From the IMG/VR virus record IMGVR_UViG_3300044910_000908, positions 17,068 to 81,067 of that record: DNA of 64,000 nt. One strand, given 5' to 3'. Shown here piece after piece: positions 9,560 to 19,487 of this stretch (position 1 is the stretch's first letter; every line of letters starts with the position of its first letter). The DNA comes from a virus. The notes beneath the pieces are model-generated. The model saw only the letters and a list, made by a program, of their open reading frames with translations. It did no database searches and was not told the origin of the DNA. The position numbers were made by a program, and so were the translations under genes.

Positions 9560-10864
9560 TTAAAATTGAATAATTTGCTTTTGTTTGTTAATATTACAAA
9601 ATTCAGCATCGTTTGTGATTTGCGAAATAGGAGCCATGGCTCTTTTTAAAGCGGTTGTTTTATTTGTTTTATTTCTTTCAAAAACATTAAATTGGCAACA
9701 ACTTATTTCTATACCAAAGGTAGTAAAACGACCTAATTCTGAAGCTTCTTTTAAATGGATTTCAGCTTGAGTATTTCCAGCTATTTCAAAAAAATCTTCT
9801 TGATGATTTCTAATAGCTATAATATATTTCATCATTGCTTCAGTATTAATTGGCATATCAGGAAATAGTTTTTTTAATGTTGCAGTAGCACCAGGACCAG
9901 CAACAACATAATCAGCATTTTCATCTAAATTTCCATGTGTTAAACTTTTGTCTTTATTTTGTAATTTTTTAAAATCATCATAATATTCAGCATCTATTAA
10001 TTCAGAACTACCAATTCCTGGCATCCTAGCTAAGTTTGAAGAAAAATGATATCCATAATAATTTCCAATTCCTCTTTCAAGAGTTAAAAAATTAAAAGAT
10101 TGTTCCATTGTTGGTTTATTCTTAAAAAATGGCACCCATTTTTTAGATAAATATTTGACCCAATGAATCATATCAGATGGACGCATTTTTCTTTCTTGGT
10201 GTTCTTTTAATAAATTTAATTCAGTGATTAATTTATTACTGTTATTAATATTTAGTATGTCAATAGATGATGGATTTTCTCTACAATAATTTCTAGCAGC
10301 TATTTGCAAACTTGTTCTTAATTCTGTTGTTCCCCATATTTTTTCTTTATTAGCAAAAGCTTTTTCTACATTAGACATTAATGTAAATTCATAATCCATA
10401 TCTTTTTCTAATAAATCAAAATTGATATATTTTGAATTAGTTGGAATTAAATAATTTAAATCTTCAGCAGTTCCTGTAATAATATCTAAAGTTCTTGCTG
10501 GTCCATAAAATTTTACAATTGCAGAATTTATTAGTTTATCCTCAAAACTAACATTATCTTCATAATATAAATGGGAATTTAACCAAATAATTTCATCATG
10601 AAATGATCTATTTGGATGGAAGTATGGAACAGGTTTATTATCAACAACAAAACCATATCCAAATCCTTTTTGATGTTTATATAATTTTGAAATATAATCT
10701 TCAAAAGTTTTAGCTTGCTGTTTATTTATCCTTACTTCCCATTCCCGCTTATTGAATTCTTTTATAAAATTTGCTAATTGTTTTTTTACTGTTTTATCTG
10801 CAAATGACAATATTTTTTCATCAGACATATTTTTAATATCGTTGTTAGAAAGTAATGATGCCAT
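9560..10864 (-). CDS. aGPT-PPlase / amino acid:DNA transferase-like DNA base-hypermodification enzyme
   Basis: YFHPNRSFHDE, HhH-like RGIGNYYGY, YVVAGPGA and C-terminal IEISCCQF resemble the glycosylase-fold aGPT-PPlase family. Confidence 0.65.
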   Translation of the reverse strand: MASLLSNNDIKNMSDEKILSFADKTVKKQLANFIKEFNKREWEVRINKQQAKTFEDYISKLYKHQKGFGYGFVVDNKPVPYFHPNRSFHDEIIWLNSHLYYEDNVSFEDKLINSAIVKFYGPARTLDIITGTAEDLNYLIPTNSKYINFDLLEKDMDYEFTLMSNVEKAFANKEKIWGTTELRTSLQIAARNYCRENPSSIDILNINNSNKLITELNLLKEHQERKMRPSDMIHWVKYLSKKWVPFFKNKPTMEQSFNFLTLERGIGNYYGYHFSSNLARMPGIGSSELIDAEYYDDFKKLQNKDKSLTHGNLDENADYVVAGPGATATLKKLFPDMPINTEAMMKYIIAIRNHQEDFFEIAGNTQAEIHLKEASELGRFTTFGIEISCCQFNVFERNKTNKTTALKRAMAPISQITNDAEFCNINKQKQIIQF

Positions 10865-11618
10865 TTATTTTTTTTCTCCGTTTCCAAATTCTAGGTAAAC
10901 TATTAAAACCTTTATGAACGAGTTCAAATTCTTCGTTTATTATTTGTTTTGCTAATCGTTGGGTTTGTCTACCAGTTAAAATAGTAGTATCATATTTATA
11001 TTTTTCAAAATGGCCATAACACGAAGGTGAACTAAAGCTTGCAGTTTCTATTAAATAGTTAGTTGACAAATCCATACAACTTTTTATAAAATCAAATGGG
11101 TCCTCAAAATGTTCAAAGGTTTCTAAACACAATACAACATCAAACTTTTCATCTTTTGGAAATTCATAAAAATTAATATTTTTATTATCAGAATGTAAAG
11201 AACACCATTTTTCACAACAAGAAATCTGATGGTCTACATTATTGAATGTATAAACTTGTTTAAAATTTGATTGCAATAATTTTTCAGTTGTAAATCCTAA
11301 ACCATTAAAAATATCAATAATAGAATATTCAGATAAATCAATATTATTTTTCTTAAAATAATTATTGAGTGCCCAAATACTATTATTTGAAGATACAAAA
11401 AAGCACCAAATACATTCTAATAAGTAATCTGTGGTAGAATAGATAGAAAAATCTGTTCTTTTAGAATTTACCCATAATTCACCTAATTTATCTGAATTTA
11501 TTTTTAATGCATTATAAAGTTCTTTTTTTGAATTAGAATTTAATAAAATTTCATTATCTTTTAATTCCGGAACACAAGCAATAATATTATCTATAAAATT
11601 TTTATGACTAAGCTTCAT
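10845..11618 (-). CDS. Class I SAM-dependent methyltransferase
   Basis: IIDIFNGLG motif I, FDVVLCLETFEHF. Confidence 0.8.
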   Translation of the reverse strand: MKLSHKNFIDNIIACVPELKDNEILLNSNSKKELYNALKINSDKLGELWVNSKRTDFSIYSTTDYLLECIWCFFVSSNNSIWALNNYFKKNNIDLSEYSIIDIFNGLGFTTEKLLQSNFKQVYTFNNVDHQISCCEKWCSLHSDNKNINFYEFPKDEKFDVVLCLETFEHFEDPFDFIKSCMDLSTNYLIETASFSSPSCYGHFEKYKYDTTILTGRQTQRLAKQIINEEFELVHKGFNSLPRIWKRRKKINGIITF

Positions 11619-12006
11619 GTCTTACATTTTCCTTCTCAGTTAAATTATGATCTAAATGTATTACATTAAGCCAAGAACCACAATTTTGCTCAATTATATT
11701 TTTTTGAATAGGGTCATCTTCAAAATGACAATTAATTTTAATTCCAATATTTTTCAATTTATTCAAAACTTGAGCTTTATGCATTCCAGAACTTTCTCTA
11801 GTTTTTTCATGAAATTGCAAATTGTTAAAAAATACTTTATTAAAAATATTTCTTTTTTCTAGCATTGAAATTGTTTCAACGTATTCTTCAAAAGACCTAC
11901 CAGTAATAATAATATCATTAGGACCTGGATAAACTCCTTCGATAGAGTTATTAATAAAAATAACTCCATCGATATCGTAACTATTAATAGGGGAATGATT
12001 AAACAT
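11608..12006 (-). CDS. Minimal HAD-family phosphatase
   Basis: YDIDGVI, ITGR, conserved Lys (HK), HFEDD. Confidence 0.8.
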   Translation of the reverse strand: MFNHSPINSYDIDGVIFINNSIEGVYPGPNDIIITGRSFEEYVETISMLEKRNIFNKVFFNNLQFHEKTRESSGMHKAQVLNKLKNIGIKINCHFEDDPIQKNIIEQNCGSWLNVIHLDHNLTEKENVRHEA

Positions 12007-13218
12007 TTATTCTCCTATCAATCTCAAATAATCCATTCCACCGCTATTATATTCATCCCATGCAAATTTAATTGCATCTTCAGGAGTTGTTTGTTTACTA
12101 GTAATATCTGTTAATTGACGATTAGCTAATGCTTCGCATTCTTTATAAGATAAATCATAAGTTAATTGTTTAGGCGGAGATTTTTGAGTAAACGCAGAAG
12201 GTCCTCTTAAACAACCAATAATTCCCATTTCTTTTGCAACTTTAATATATCTTAAAGCATCAATTACAACACCACTAGAATTTTCTGAATCTTGAACAGA
12301 TAATTTAACATCTACAGTAATTGGAGCATCTCCAAAACCTCTAAGATGTAAATTAAAGTAAGCAATTTTATTATCTTTTAAATAAGGAATAAAAGTTGAA
12401 GGACCAGCAAATAAAGCATCGTCATCAACAGGAATTCCTCTTAAATCATTTTGTGCTCTAATAACATTTTCTTTTGATACTTTTTTATGTTTTAATCTTG
12501 TTTGAACCATCATATTATTAAAATCGGTATTACCTCCAACGTTTAATTGTTGATGATAATCAACTATCATACCTCGACTAAATGCTAGTTCTTGTAACAT
12601 TTGAGATAAAATAGAAGCTCCAAATTGAGATTTCATATCAGAACCAATATAAGGAATGCCAGCACTAATAAATTTTTCTTCCCATTTAGGATGATTTAAT
12701 GTTAATACAGGAATACAATTCAAAAATGAAATTTTATGTTCAATACATTTTTCAGCCCACCATTCAGTTGCATTTTGAGAACCTACTGGCAAGTAATTGA
12801 TAATAATTTCAACGCCTGTTTCTTTTAGAATTTTATCAATATCACAAACATCTTCATTAGAAATTCTGAAACCCATTCTTTCTGGTTGAGTTTGCATATA
12901 ATCAGAAACACCGTCTAATACTGGACCCATATTAACAATTGGGCCATCAGGAACATCTTTACAAAATACTCTAGCGCAATTAGGTTGAGCAAAAATAGCT
13001 TCGCCTACTGGACGACCAACTTTTCTTCTATCAACATCAAAAGCTGCTACTACTTGAATATCAGCAGGATGATAACCTCCAATTCTGTCAAACATAACAC
13101 CGGGAATAGAATTTCCTTCAGCATCTTCATCATGATCTTTATAATATTCAAGGCCTTGATAAAGAGAAGAAAAACAATTACCAACACCAACTACACAAAC
13201 TTTAATTTTTTTTGACAT
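12007..13218 (-). CDS. ino1: myo-inositol-1-phosphate synthase
   Basis: VGVGNCFSSLYQG NAD-binding motif, NYLPVGS, DMKSQFGA, QLNVGGNTDF, DSENS, KSPP. Confidence 0.95.
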   Translation of the reverse strand: MSKKIKVCVVGVGNCFSSLYQGLEYYKDHDEDAEGNSIPGVMFDRIGGYHPADIQVVAAFDVDRRKVGRPVGEAIFAQPNCARVFCKDVPDGPIVNMGPVLDGVSDYMQTQPERMGFRISNEDVCDIDKILKETGVEIIINYLPVGSQNATEWWAEKCIEHKISFLNCIPVLTLNHPKWEEKFISAGIPYIGSDMKSQFGASILSQMLQELAFSRGMIVDYHQQLNVGGNTDFNNMMVQTRLKHKKVSKENVIRAQNDLRGIPVDDDALFAGPSTFIPYLKDNKIAYFNLHLRGFGDAPITVDVKLSVQDSENSSGVVIDALRYIKVAKEMGIIGCLRGPSAFTQKSPPKQLTYDLSYKECEALANRQLTDITSKQTTPEDAIKFAWDEYNSGGMDYLRLIGE

Positions 13219-13256
13219 ATATAATCCTCTTTTTGTTTAAAACATTATTTACTTTT

Positions 13257-14294
13257 TTAAAATGTTACAATTTTATTAAATTGCTTAATTTCTGGTATAT
13301 TAGGTTTATTATTCCAATAATCCCATCTATGATATAGAGGTGCTAAATGAACATTTTTTGGACGTTCCATATAAGTGTTCATATAATCTATAGGTGATAT
13401 TATAAACATTTCTTGTGTTCTTGTAAACAGTTTCCAATTATTTTTTTCACATAATTGTTTTAATTTATTGTTAAAATATTCCATGATAATAGTTCTTTCT
13501 TTTTGAGAACCATAAAAAGGAGTATTTTCAAAAAATCCAGTTTTTGGAATTCTTCTAGATTCATCTTCAATAGGTAATAATTCAACTAATTCAATATTTT
13601 GAATATTTAAATCTAATAATTGGCGTTCATATTCTAATAATATTTCATCTATTTCTTTTTTTGGATCAGAATTTCTAAGTATATGATGTCTTATATCTAT
13701 ATTACCCCAATAACAAGTAATATAATTTAATTGAGTAATATCTATATTATTATCTTCTATTTCTTTTTTAATTGTTTTTCTTAAAACACCTTTTAAAGTT
13801 CTTCCATCTTTTCTCACAACCATTGCATTTGAATAAAATGTTGAAAAACTATGTGAATCACCAATTATCAATTTATCAGTATTAGGATTTAAATAATATT
13901 CTTTAACTTCTAAACATTTTTTTGAAATTGCTTCCCAATCTATAGCTTTCCAATAATCATCTGCTGTTTTTCTACTTGAACATAGAAATCCATAATCAGG
14001 CATTGGCATATCTAATGATATTAATTTTGCTGAAGTTGTTCCAATTCTTTCATAAAATTTAGCGTTTTCTATTGTAGCACCACCAAATAAATTTAAAGAA
14101 CCTTTAAATTCCATTCCATGATATAAATAAATTTCGTCATAATTATTCCAATCTTCATTATTATGTAAGACTTCAACTTGTTTATTCAATTCTTTAGATA
14201 ATTGACAAGCTCTTAAATGAGCCCATGCATTTTTATGAGAATATTTTGAATTAGTTAATTTTCCACTTACTAAATCTATAGCAATTTTAGTCAT
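13257..14294 (-). CDS. Fusion of a T4 beta-glucosyltransferase-like N-terminal domain and an SGNH/GDSL-like domain
   Basis: MTKIAI, DWNNYDEIYL, SLNLFGG and KLISLD parallel the T4 BGT N-domain as recalled; C-half has IGDSH, GNID and a late His (NVHL). Confidence 0.55.
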   Translation of the reverse strand: MTKIAIDLVSGKLTNSKYSHKNAWAHLRACQLSKELNKQVEVLHNNEDWNNYDEIYLYHGMEFKGSLNLFGGATIENAKFYERIGTTSAKLISLDMPMPDYGFLCSSRKTADDYWKAIDWEAISKKCLEVKEYYLNPNTDKLIIGDSHSFSTFYSNAMVVRKDGRTLKGVLRKTIKKEIEDNNIDITQLNYITCYWGNIDIRHHILRNSDPKKEIDEILLEYERQLLDLNIQNIELVELLPIEDESRRIPKTGFFENTPFYGSQKERTIIMEYFNNKLKQLCEKNNWKLFTRTQEMFIISPIDYMNTYMERPKNVHLAPLYHRWDYWNNKPNIPEIKQFNKIVTF

Positions 14295-14661
14295 TTAATT
14301 ATATCCAATTTTCATGATCATTGAATTGATCTATAAACAATTTTCCAATTTCAGAATAAAAACCTTCTGGGTCTTCCTTTCGTTTATCATCCAATAAAGT
14401 TTTATTATCAATAAATCCAGTAAATCGAATAATACTATCTCCTGTTGATGCATTTGCTGCATCATAAATTCCTGTTAATTCAATCATTTGGTTTAATCTC
14501 CAATTTCTCGTGCTTCTCTAATTGCTTTAAGCAAATCTTTAGCAAATTTTATATATTGTTCGCCAGAAATTGTTGTTTCATTAATAATTGAAGGTCCATA
14601 AATTTTACATAAAAATTGAGTAATATCAATATTATCAACATCTACACCTTCTTCATAATTC

Positions 14662-15426
14662 TTAATCACTGCTATCATAATTATCTCCTGTATATAATCT
14701 AACCATTGACATATTTTGTTCTTTTGAGTATTTTAAAAAAGCACTTAATATACTTTCATTAGGAGCTATTTTACAAGAAGTTCCCACAATCCCACCTTTC
14801 CATGAATTCTTTTTTGGTCCAACTTCTTTGGTATAAGTAATATCTACTTCTCGTTTAACAAAATCTTTTTTGAAATATTGTAACCAACACATTATACCAG
14901 AACCATGAGTCCAAACTCTTTCTTCCAAATAACATGTCACTATATTATCTTCACCATCATAATCTTTAAATTCTATTTTTACAGGTTTAATAGATTGTTT
15001 GATAATTTCTTTAGCACCAAAATCCCATTTTGCTCTTTTTTTAAAACAACTAAAGTCATTATAAATAATTCCTGCTAAAGAACCATCACCATGATATAAT
15101 GACCATTTTGCAAAATGCATTCGTTTCCATGGAATATCAAAAACTTTGCATTGACTTTGACCAAAGCCTTTTTCATCTTGAATTCCATAATAAATTAAAA
15201 AACTATCATCACATGTTGTAATATAATAACTACGAGGACATATTCTACCATAATACTTATTTGAATAACTATTCAATTCTTTTTCAATATGAGCTGGAAT
15301 TATCCAATTTGGAATTTTTAAAAAGTATTCTTTATTATGCCCATATTGAAAGAATATTTTTGCATATTCTCGTTCTTCAGTTCGAGATTTAATACCTATT
15401 CTAAATTCTTTCATTGAAATGACCAA
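14662..15426 (-). CDS. Hypothetical protein
   Basis: 254 aa ORF overlapping its neighbours. Confidence 0.6.
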   Translation of the reverse strand: MVISMKEFRIGIKSRTEEREYAKIFFQYGHNKEYFLKIPNWIIPAHIEKELNSYSNKYYGRICPRSYYITTCDDSFLIYYGIQDEKGFGQSQCKVFDIPWKRMHFAKWSLYHGDGSLAGIIYNDFSCFKKRAKWDFGAKEIIKQSIKPVKIEFKDYDGEDNIVTCYLEERVWTHGSGIMCWLQYFKKDFVKREVDITYTKEVGPKKNSWKGGIVGTSCKIAPNESILSAFLKYSKEQNMSMVRLYTGDNYDSSD

Positions 15427-15737
15427 GAAATATTTAATTCAGCATCTTGGTCATTTTCATAATTAACATCTGGAATTGAAAATGAACGTGCAGCTGTGTG
15501 TTCAGCTTTATAACCATTCTCTTTTAAAGTATTAATAATGCTAATTAAAGCTGAAGATGTCATTTCCCCAGTTATAACGTGTATATATGAATATTTTCCT
15601 TCTGTAGCATATTCCTGAATTTTATCTTCAATAACAGATAAATGTCTTTGAATGATTTGTTGTTCTTTATTTTGAATATGTTTATCGGCCAAATCCCTAG
15701 CAACAGTAGCTTTTAGCTCAAAAGGTTTAGTTATCAT
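15411..15737 (-). CDS. Hypothetical protein
   Basis: 108 aa ORF coupled to the upstream gene. Confidence 0.55.
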   Translation of the reverse strand: MITKPFELKATVARDLADKHIQNKEQQIIQRHLSVIEDKIQEYATEGKYSYIHVITGEMTSSALISIINTLKENGYKAEHTAARSFSIPDVNYENDQDAELNISWSFQ

Positions 15738-16063
15738 ATTTCAACATTCTCAACATTAATAGAACTCCATTTTTTTAATTTCTGGAATTTTGCATATTTA
15801 GCTTCATGTAAATCTTTATTAGATAATTCGTATTCTTGTTGAAGAAGAGAAATCATTGCTAAAGCGTCACCTAATTCTTCAACCAAATGTTGTTTATTTG
15901 TTTTACTAGGTTGATTAAAAGGATGATAAGAATCAATGCCAAATCGCTTGATTTTAGAAATCACCATAATACATTCAGCAAATTCTTCTTGAGCAATATT
16001 TAAGATTTCATTATCCATATAGTATATCCTCTTTAAATTATTTAAAAATAAATTATATACCAA
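15734..16063 (-). CDS. MazG-like nucleotide pyrophosphohydrolase
   Basis: QEEFAEC and EELGDAL acidic helices; true start probably the MDNE Met downstream of the early promoter. Confidence 0.7.
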   Translation of the reverse strand: MVYNLFLNNLKRIYYMDNEILNIAQEEFAECIMVISKIKRFGIDSYHPFNQPSKTNKQHLVEELGDALAMISLLQQEYELSNKDLHEAKYAKFQKLKKWSSINVENVEI

Positions 16064-16088
16064 TAAATGAATTTTGTAAATATTTTTA

Positions 16089-16484
16089 TTATAATAATTT
16101 TAAATGGCCTGTAATTTGATCAATTATCTCAGATGGTGCTGGACCTATAGCAAAACAAGTATATGTAGGTTCATTAAATTCAGTTAATCCTAAATCTTGA
16201 ATTAATGATTTGGGAACTAATGGATAATTATCTTCAGTAAATTTATACAATTCTAATAGTTCTTCTAATGAATCTACACCAACACATATCTTTTTATAAT
16301 TTGTTTCCATCCAAATTCTAACTTCGTTTGGGCATAATATTGTATAAACATTACTTTCAGAATTATCAAATTTTCCACAATTTAAAATTGCTTTTAAAGA
16401 AGCATGAGCTCCTTGAGCAATCATTTTACCTTTGCGCATATTTAAATCTTTACGCATTACAATCACTTGCTTAATAGAACTCAT
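16089..16484 (-). CDS. pth2: Peptidyl-tRNA hydrolase, Pth2 family
   Basis: KQVIVMRKDLNMRKGKMIAQGAHA, KKI, DLGLTE, TCFAIGP, ITGHLKLL. Confidence 0.92.
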   Translation of the reverse strand: MSSIKQVIVMRKDLNMRKGKMIAQGAHASLKAILNCGKFDNSESNVYTILCPNEVRIWMETNYKKICVGVDSLEELLELYKFTEDNYPLVPKSLIQDLGLTEFNEPTYTCFAIGPAPSEIIDQITGHLKLL

Positions 16485-16723
16485 TAATCATATCTCCAAA
16501 AATTATTATTTTTTATATTTATTTTTGAAAATATCATTAAAAATAGAAGTAAAATCAGATTTGTTTGGAGATGCTGAGTGGTAAAAATCATCTTTTATTT
16601 GAACATCTTCATTATCACAAGAAGAACAAATATATTTTAATCCTTTAATTAAGGTGGCATCCCTAATTTCACCTACATACTTATCGCATACAGAACAATA
16701 AATTTTTCGTGGGGTTGCAGACA

Positions 16724-17071
16724 TTATCTATATCCTCTTGTTGTATAATGTTCACCATATTGAACTCTTGATGCTGCACCTTCAACAACAAAATGTCCAT
16801 AACTTCCCATACATTGTTCATACAAATCTCTAAACACATATTCAGAAGCATAACCTTGATAATTAGTTTTTACTTCAGATTGAATAAAAGCTTGTTTATA
16901 ACATGATTCATAAGCTTTTCTCCAAGCTTGATAATTTACTCCAGAAGAGGAATTATGAGGATTAGGATACCAACCTGTATTATTTCCATATCTCCATTCA
17001 GGACCATACATATTTTCAGCAAAAACATTATTAACTGAAAATAATAAAATTGCTATTATTAGAGTTTTCAT
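16724..17071 (-). CDS. Secreted hypothetical protein
   Basis: Signal peptide MKTLIIAILLFSVNNVFA. Confidence 0.55.
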   Translation of the reverse strand: MKTLIIAILLFSVNNVFAENMYGPEWRYGNNTGWYPNPHNSSSGVNYQAWRKAYESCYKQAFIQSEVKTNYQGYASEYVFRDLYEQCMGSYGHFVVEGAASRVQYGEHYTTRGYR

Positions 17072-17358
17072 CTTCTTAATATCCTCAAATTATTGAATTA
17101 CTACTTGATTATCATGAACAAGAATTTGTGTTGGAAAACTTTCTACTAATTCGTATTGACCTAAATGATCATAACTAGAACAAATAGTAACCAATTCTAA
17201 TTTATTTAAATCAACACCAGCCATTTGTAATTGTAGCAAAGTGTTTAACATATCTTGAGCGTTCATCTGATATTCCTTTTTATCTTTTTCTGAATATGAT
17301 ATTATTATATTCCAATTTTTAAAAAAGTAAATAAGAAAATTAGAACTAGTTATCCTTT

Positions 17359-17868
17359 TTATCTAATAACATTAAATCCACGATTACGCATACAACTATC
17401 ATATGAACGTTTATAAGCTTCGTCAGATTTATACATTCCATATCCAGCGCCAGCAATACCTGCAGTACTTCCATACATTGCACCAGTTCCAGCATTGCCA
17501 TTAATAGCACCTATTGCTGCACCTGCTGCAGCTCCCAAAGCACCACCAACAAGAGTATCCTGAATAATTTCACCTGTTTGATTTGCAGATTGCGACGCTA
17601 ATTGCTCACATTCTGCATAAGCTCGTTGCATTTCATATGCACTATTTTGTTGTGGCTGAGGATAACCACCATATTGTTGTTGAGGATAACCTTGATTTTG
17701 ATATCCATATTGCTGCTGAGGATATCCTTGTTGTGGGTATCTATATTGTTGAGTTGGATAACCTTGAGAATAAGAATCTACAGTGGGACGATAGCCTCGT
17801 TGTTGGGCACATCCAACTAAAGAAAGTGAAATAATTGCAGTATTGATAATTAATTTTTTAGTGTTCAT
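17359..17868 (-). CDS. Glycine-zipper lipoprotein with GYPQQQY repeats
   Basis: Lipobox LVGC, tandem YPQQ repeats, GGALGAAAGAAIGA zipper, CMRNRG end. Confidence 0.8.
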   Translation of the reverse strand: MNTKKLIINTAIISLSLVGCAQQRGYRPTVDSYSQGYPTQQYRYPQQGYPQQQYGYQNQGYPQQQYGGYPQPQQNSAYEMQRAYAECEQLASQSANQTGEIIQDTLVGGALGAAAGAAIGAINGNAGTGAMYGSTAGIAGAGYGMYKSDEAYKRSYDSCMRNRGFNVIR

Positions 17869-17910
17869 TTGAGCATTCCTCTAATATAACATGTCATCTA
17901 TTATTTATTT

Positions 17911-18249
17911 TTAAATATCTAAAACATCGCTAATATACATATCTTCGTAATTAGTAGTATTAACCATGTCAGATCCTAATTCTTTTATGAAGTTTAATCC
18001 AAATTCATAAAAATCTTCATCAAAATCTTGTGTTTTATAAAAGAATTCAATACATCTTTCAATTCTAGCTGTTTCAGCTTCAAATGATAATTTAGTTCTT
18101 TTATGTAATAATCTAAGACCAGCAATAACTTCTACAGCTTTTTCTAATTGAACCATTGCTTTCTTAGTTTCAAACATCGGTTTTTCAACAAATTTTTTAG
18201 TCATTGTTTTAATCTCATCAGTTATTAAAAAATATATTTCATCGAACAA
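17911..18249 (-). CDS. Hypothetical protein
   Basis: ORF downstream of an early-type promoter. Confidence 0.5.
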   Translation of the reverse strand: MFDEIYFLITDEIKTMTKKFVEKPMFETKKAMVQLEKAVEVIAGLRLLHKRTKLSFEAETARIERCIEFFYKTQDFDEDFYEFGLNFIKELGSDMVNTTNYEDMYISDVLDI

Positions 18250-18290
18250 GGTATACTATAAACCTTTTTCCAGAAAAGTAAATCTATTTT

Positions 18291-18599
18291 TTAAACCGAG
18301 TTATCATTTTCTTCAGGAACAACAACAAATTTAATTCTATTAGGAGCAATTGTTTCAAGAAATGTCATTGTTGGTGTATTACACAAATAAGATGATGAAC
18401 ATAAAATTTGAGGGTCACCACCTACTTCCAATAAACACTCACCTAAATTTATTAATAATTCATCAAAAGGTGATTGTTTTAATACACGTTTAGTATATTT
18501 CTCAATCTCAGTTCTAAAAACACTTTTATCAATAAAACCAGTACTACTCAATACAGAATATAATTCTTCTTGCTCCTGTTGTAATATATCATCATTCAT
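18291..18599 (-). CDS. Hypothetical protein
   Basis: 102 aa ORF with GAGG RBS. Confidence 0.55.
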   Translation of the reverse strand: MNDDILQQEQEELYSVLSSTGFIDKSVFRTEIEKYTKRVLKQSPFDELLINLGECLLEVGGDPQILCSSSYLCNTPTMTFLETIAPNRIKFVVVPEENDNSV

Positions 18600-18726
18600 G
18601 CGATTCCTCTTCTTTTAAATAAATTCTGACAACTTTGCTTTACGAAGTTCTTGTTTAAGGTTTTTAATTTTATTATAATTAAAAAACCAACGTTTTAATT
18701 TTTTATATAGATTTAATAACATGACT

Positions 18727-19191
18727 TTATCTCCTATAAAATTCAACAACTGTAACATCTTCATTATTAAAAATCTTTTCAATCATTGGTTTAACAGTTC
18801 CATCCCAATCACCACCAGCTAATCCACATCCAATTTGAGGAAATCCAAATCTTAATCCAGAAAATTCCCTTCTAACATTTGATAATGCTTTATGCATTGC
18901 ATCATAATTAACAACAACTTCATTATATCTTAAAGCTGTTCTTTCTTGAATATAAGCATTAACAATAATCAATTTAGCATCAATAACAACATAAGTAAAT
19001 TGGCCATTTAATTTTTCTTCAACTGACAATTTAGAATTCAAATCCATTAAATGGGCTTTTGGCCATTTAGTTTTGATTTGTTTTGCAATACCAGCACCCA
19101 TTATTTTATTAGTATTGCAACCATGAACTAAAACATCAATTTCTTCGTTTTCAGCTAAGGTAATTAAATTACCTGTTATATACTTAATCAT
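18727..19191 (-). CDS. Macrodomain (ADP-ribose / Appr-1''-p processing) protein
   Basis: GNL, VHGCN, MGAGIA, PQIGCGLAGGDW. Confidence 0.9.
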   Translation of the reverse strand: MIKYITGNLITLAENEEIDVLVHGCNTNKIMGAGIAKQIKTKWPKAHLMDLNSKLSVEEKLNGQFTYVVIDAKLIIVNAYIQERTALRYNEVVVNYDAMHKALSNVRREFSGLRFGFPQIGCGLAGGDWDGTVKPMIEKIFNNEDVTVVEFYRR

Positions 19192-19433
19192 GTCGGCTTA
19201 TACCATCCAGTTTGTTGTTCAATTTCAGTAAATTCATAATTTTCATTCTTATCATATCTTCCTATTTCAAAAGCTCCACAATTAGTACATCTATATGGAG
19301 CTACTTGAATACAACAAGAACCATAACTTTCCCATTCTGCAAAAGAACTTGCTTTACAGTATGGACAACTCTCAGAAGGGAGAGAATTCGTTTCATGTAT
19401 TACTCTAAAGCCTTTCATAATAAATTCCCCCAC
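19188..19433 (-). CDS. Small zinc-ribbon protein
   Basis: CPYC and CTNC pairs. Confidence 0.55.
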   Translation of the reverse strand: MGEFIMKGFRVIHETNSLPSESCPYCKASSFAEWESYGSCCIQVAPYRCTNCGAFEIGRYDKNENYEFTEIEQQTGWYKPT

Positions 19434-19487
19434 TTCTGTTTTTACCTTGACTAAACTATATCACATTTTTAATTTAATTTAATTGAA

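Noticed and set aside
17640-17770. Short tandem nucleotide repeats
   Set aside because: Fully explained by the encoded GYPQQQY peptide repeats
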